A stretch of 42,218 nucleotides of DNA. Source: a virus. Within the stretch, counting starts at the first letter, position 1; every line of letters starts with the position of its first letter. Position numbers and translations under genes: made by a program. Positions 41,515 to 42,218 of the stretch are shown in pieces. Below the pieces are notes generated by a model, which had not been told where the DNA came from, searched no databases, and worked only from the letters and a program-made list of their open reading frames with translations. The stretch spans positions 1 through 42,218 of IMG/VR virus record IMGVR_UViG_3300021791_000004. The stretch is one strand, 5' to 3'.

Positions 41515-41776
41515 CTGAGATACTCCTTTAGAAAGAAACCGTTCGAGTCGGTAGGAAAGACGCTATATCTGAGATCTTATGGGACGTACCCTCCATCAGT
41601 CGCCTATTCTGAGATAGTTCCAAGTGACCCCCTTTTCTGACTGAGATGGAGCCGTCTTGATGATTGCAAGCTTTTCTGGAGTGGATCCTACCCGGACCTA
41701 CTCTGGGCTTGGAGAGTCCGACCATAAGTCCTTTTCTCATATGACCATATCCTCCATATCTTTTCTGAGCTGAGAT
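41515..41776 (-). repeat. Cluster of five ATCTCAG(A/C/T) motifs (plus-strand CTGAGAT at 41515, 41569, 41609, 41641, 41770)
   Basis: Read directly. Extended forms: ATCTCAGAAT(A/G)GG twice, ATCTCAGATATAG once, ATCTCAG(C)TCAGAAAAG twice. Copies fall in different reading frames and in one SD-ATG spacer. Confidence 0.75.
41528..41740 (-). CDS. 70-aa Arg/Gly/Lys-rich ORF (shortened version of the 138-aa track ORF)
   Basis: ATG 41740 overlaps the upstream stop as ATGA. Its TAA forms part of the next gene's SD (taaaggag). The composition is unusual, so coding is uncertain. Confidence 0.4.
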   Translation of the reverse strand: MRKGLMVGLSKPRVGPGRIHSRKACNHQDGSISVRKGGHLELSQNRRLMEGTSHKISDIASFLPTRTVSF

Positions 41777-41901
41777 AGACCCTGCATGGCCTTCTTGATT
41801 GAGATACCATACTTGCTGGCGATCTCCTTCGCCTCTGCTCTGAACTGGTCCTGATCCTCTTGCCACTCGATAGCGATACGTATCTGCTCTACTGTCATCA
41901 T
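41737..41901 (-). CDS. First early gene: small helical, HTH-like protein
   Basis: ATG 41901 (MMTVEQIRIAIEW...) follows aaggag by 7 nt. 54 aa. AKEIASKYGISIKKAMQGL looks like helix-turn-helix. Confidence 0.6.
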   Translation of the reverse strand: MMTVEQIRIAIEWQEDQDQFRAEAKEIASKYGISIKKAMQGLSQLRKDMEDMVI

Positions 41902-42069
41902 AACGCAACTCCTTGATAGGAAGGTACTTGACACATCGGTCCACGATAAAGCCTAGGTGGCCCCGCTAGAGCTTGCCTAGGCTAGGTTTATACCTTGATA
42001 ATCCGCTGGTTGACGTTTCATGGCAGGTCGCCCCGCTATCATTACTAGTGGCACTCGTCAACCGATTCC

Positions 42070-42218
42070 CCTGCTACCAGCCACTTTGAGCGTTATTGGG
42101 TACGCATGGTGGAGGTTACTGTTAGGAGCGTGGCAGGCGGCGATTTCTACGCCAGCAGGTGATCTAACTATCCATCCTTGCACTTTCCCGCTTTGCTCGC
42201 TGCAGGTTCACTTTCATT
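42070..42218. repeat. Direct terminal repeat, copy at high-coordinate end (the canonical left end of the phage map)
   Basis: Identical to 1-149. Truncated by the window edge. Confidence 0.9.

Noticed and set aside
41650-41730. Possible tRNA or tRNA-like element in the GC-richer early intergenic or ORF region
   Set aside because: There is no cloverleaf and no T-loop GTTCRANYC-type sequence. The region is better explained by the 70-aa ORF and the ATCTCAG repeats.
41528-41944. Full-length 138-aa ORF overlapping the first early gene
   Set aside because: Its GTG start sits on top of the SD and start of the better-supported 54-aa gene. Only the downstream 70-aa portion (ATG 41740) is retained, at low confidence.
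41902-42218. Sigma70-type early promoters in the leader and terminal repeat
   Set aside because: Several TTGAC-like and TATAA-like hexamers exist (for example TTGACG at about 42054..42059 on the minus strand and TATAAA at about 41988..41993). None has acceptable -35/-10 spacing, the host is unknown, and some good-looking pairs are on the wrong strand.
1-42218. Lysogeny module, CRISPR arrays, rRNA/tRNA genes and transposable elements
   Set aside because: I scanned the ORF set and the repeats and found no integrase, recombinase, repressor pair, array-type repeats or IS-like inverted repeats. The genome looks strictly lytic.

Overview
The window appears to be a complete T7-like (Autographiviridae-type) podovirus genome in reverse-complement orientation. 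There are 42,069 unique bp plus an exact 149-bp direct repeat at both ends (1..149 = 42070..42218). Every convincing gene is on the minus strand. Reading from high to low coordinates: (1) a dense early region of about 20 small ORFans (41.9-35.6 kb) that ends in a strong intrinsic terminator; (2) a DUF932-like gene and a single-subunit RNA polymerase; (3) a T7-type replication module (gp2.5-like SSB, endonuclease I, primase-helicase, DNA polymerase, gp6 exonuclease, DUF1599-like protein); (4) the structural block (gp6.7-like, portal, scaffold, capsid, tail tubular A/B, gp14-like, an 1170-aa gp15-like and a 2023-aa gp16-like core protein, tail fibre); (5) small and large terminase; (6) an unusual post-terminase module of six or seven small genes; (7) about 680 nt of structured non-coding DNA next to the terminal repeat. 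The family calls rest on motifs I recognise from T7 proteins, recalled from memory with no database search. I found no tRNA, CRISPR array, integrase, or canonical endolysin. Points worth follow-up: an HExxH zincin-like motif inside the giant ejected core protein; a 112-aa HExxH protein next to a membrane protein at the genome end; a holin-like gene and an overlapping spanin-like pair inserted between scaffold and capsid; a strong terminator upstream of the RNAP gene; a 22-nt motif present twice (promoter candidate); a cluster of five ATCTCAG copies that ignores reading frame; and phased A-tracts plus a GC-rich repeat island beside the terminus. The host is unknown.
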